A stretch of DNA of 63,944 nucleotides, the filler included, from Lenisia limosa (lineage: Eukaryota > Protista > Breviatea), in NCBI GenBank assembly GCA_001655205.1. It is 13 parts of 13 records of this genome, joined end to end, with 100 filler letters (N's around TTAATTAATTAA, not from the genome) between each part and the next. Parts side by side here need not be neighbours in the genome. Positions count along the whole stretch, not along the records: positions 60,768 to 63,944 come from LPNZ01009316.1; 12 more parts are not named here. The stretch is one strand, 5' to 3'. Made by a program: the position numbers and the translations under genes. The notes beneath the pieces were generated by a model. That model was not told where the DNA came from. It saw only the letters and a program-made list of their open reading frames with translations, and searched no databases. Below, piece by piece: positions 61,608 through 63,944 of the stretch. How positions within the stretch are numbered: position 1 is the first letter of the stretch; every line of letters begins with the position of its first letter.

Positions 61608-63944
61608 CTGGGGGGGGGGGGGGGNNNNNNNNNNNNNNNNNNNNNNNNNNNNNNATGTACAAAACAAAAAAAAGCCCAAATCAACTCTCTAATCACGAAC
61701 CGAATAATCTGAAACTCCAAAAAAGGGGGTAAAAATGGAAAATTTATCAAAAACGCCCAAAATCAGTAGGAAGGGGGGGTGTGGAAATAGAGCTTCACTT
61801 TCGCTTCCAAATAGCACTCGATTTTCGATAAATAACTCATTTTTACAGGGTTACAAAAAGAATAACAAAACATGGAGCCATAATGAGAGACTCATTTCGA
61901 TTTAAAAAAGACAATCAAAAAAGGATATTTTTGTCGACAAGCTAGATAACGGTTTATTTTTTGAGGCGAAGGGTGTTCAACACCNNNNNNNNNNGTCTTG
62001 ATTTCTCCTTCAGCATCGTCAACATTGATTGTCTGAAATGTCAATAATCCAAATGATTATTCAAGATTTCTGAAAGTTAGAATTCTCATACTGTTAACTT
62101 TCATTGTCTTCATTGTGAATGCTATGATGACCCCCCCCCCCNNNNNNNNNNNNNNNNNNNNNNNNNNNNNNNNNNNNNNNNNNNNNNNNNNNNNNNNNNN
62201 NNNNNNNNNNNNNNNNNNNNNNNNNNNNNNNNNNNNNNNNNNNNNNNNNNNNNAGGAGCAGAATAATGAGCAGCAGAAAATAATGAGCAGAAGAAAGCGG
62301 GGAATTTTCAAAAACCTGCCGCAATCGGATTAAGAAATATAAGAAAACTCGAATTAAACATCGCAAGTATATAATAAACACCCCAGTAATCGCCTGAGGG
62401 TCCCATTGCCCCTCAAACATGTGCACCCGCACATCTTGCGGCTAAATATGTGAAGAGGTTGGCTCCCATTGCCGTTGTATCTTTTCTTCTATTCCCGCTG
62501 CAAAATGAGTTTTTTTATCTTTTTTTTCTGTATTTTTTTCTTAAGGCGGGGGAAAAGGAGAATCTCCATACACAACTTTTAGAAAAAAGGAACCCGGGAA
62601 CCTCTGAATTTTAAAGGGTGCTCTGCCTTTTTGCAAGTTTTTTGCTGCTTTCCTGCTTTCTGATCCTCTCTCAAGTAAAAAGAAGAATAAACTAAAGATA
62701 TATTAAAGAAAAAAGAGGAGGATAATATTCCGTTTTATTATCGTCTTTCAGAGAATGTGATCAACTCCTTGCTGTTGTAGCTTGGAGATACCGTTTGATG
62801 CTTAGCACAGCTATGGAAGGCATCACAGGTTGAGTTACTTGGCTTCTTGGAACCGAACGCGTTGGTGCTTTTCGTTGGTGATTGGCTGAGTGGTCTGTTT
62901 TTGTTTACAGTTTCCAAGTTTATTTATTGGTTATTTATGGGTGTTAACAGGGTTTTGAGAGATGAGAGCAACATGATAATTTGTCGGTTATTTATAGATT
63001 TTAACAGGTTCTAAAATGGAGTTCTGCGCACTGCATTTCTACTCCAAATTATACAGTTCAATTCTCACTCAATACGATCAATACTACTCTTACATATTTT
63101 CTCAGGAAAGCTGTGATGTGGACAGAGTTGTAAGGCAAATGATTGGGTGAATTGATATTATAATGTTATCCACAATCTCTTATAAGCGTGNNNNNNNNNN
63201 NNNNNNNNNNNNNNNNNNNNNNNNNNNNNNNNNNNNNNNNNNNNNNNNNNNNNNNNNNNNNNNNNNNNNNNNNNNNNNNNNNNNNNNNNNNNNNNATGAT
63301 TGTTTTACTTTTTTGCAGTAAAGTCTCTTTTGAAACTAGGATCATAAAGACTAAAGTCTCTATTGATACTAGGATCATAACGATCCGGCGGTTGAACTGT
63401 TTTTTACTTCTCATGTGATGAAACGAAACATACTTTGGTCCTTTAGACAAACCGGTTGTGAATTTCTTTTTGTGATCAATATAACCACAAGAGGAAAGGG
63501 AGAACAGGGTCAAAGAAAAGAGCTATGATTATATTCCTTTTTTTTCACTTATCCACGACCCTTTCATGCTGCTCACCACCCCAGTGTCAAGCCACCTCTT
63601 GACCAACGTTAATCTCTTGGAGGAGGGCAACTATGGCTTTGTGACACATATGACAGAAACAACAACAAGGTTCCTTTCTGACAAGAAAAACGTGGGGCTG
63701 GGTTTGTTGCAGTATTGCGAGTGATTCGTCTCTCAATTATCACTTTTCCTTTTCCATTTTGGTTGTTAATTGTAGAGCCGCAGTTTCGGTTCAAAAAAAG
63801 ACAGGCTAAATCCTCGATAAATTCAGTCTTCTTTGTGACTGTAGGCCCAAGTTATTTGACTCTCCAGTTTGCGCTGTACCCCTCCCTGAAGCACTGTTGG
63901 CACGAGTGTACCGACTGCTCCGGTAGGCCCCCTCCATATGGGAT

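Noticed and set aside
282-63794. Most ORFs in the supplied six-frame track as genes
   Set aside because: They run through N-gaps or introns, use non-ATG starts, or are antisense shadows of real exons.

Overview
Eukaryotic nuclear DNA from an intron-rich organism, most plausibly a unicellular protist (lineage not determinable here). It is a draft assembly of about 13 independent scaffolds joined by 12 artificial N-flanked TTAATTAATTAA spacers, so adjacency across spacers is not biological. The ORF track is mostly uninformative because genes are split into short exons. Manual splicing recovers partial genes for a myotubularin PH-GRAM protein, an alpha-2-macroglobulin/thioester protein (GCFEQ), RCL1, a soluble-type adenylate cyclase with a P-loop NTPase, a kinesin-14-like motor, an acidic protein built from duplicated symmetric exons, and single kelch- and ankyrin-like exons. 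Mobile DNA includes an intron-containing tyrosine recombinase (Crypton-like) with one in-frame stop, a pogo/Fot1-like transposase fragment, about 15 copies of a hAT-type MITE and other MITE-like repeats. A dispersed 28S rRNA fragment is also present. The most unusual signal is the intron architecture: G-rich 5' ends, a putative branch A followed directly by a C homopolymer, frequent complementarity between intron ends, and a dispersed repeat that often forms the 3' end of introns.
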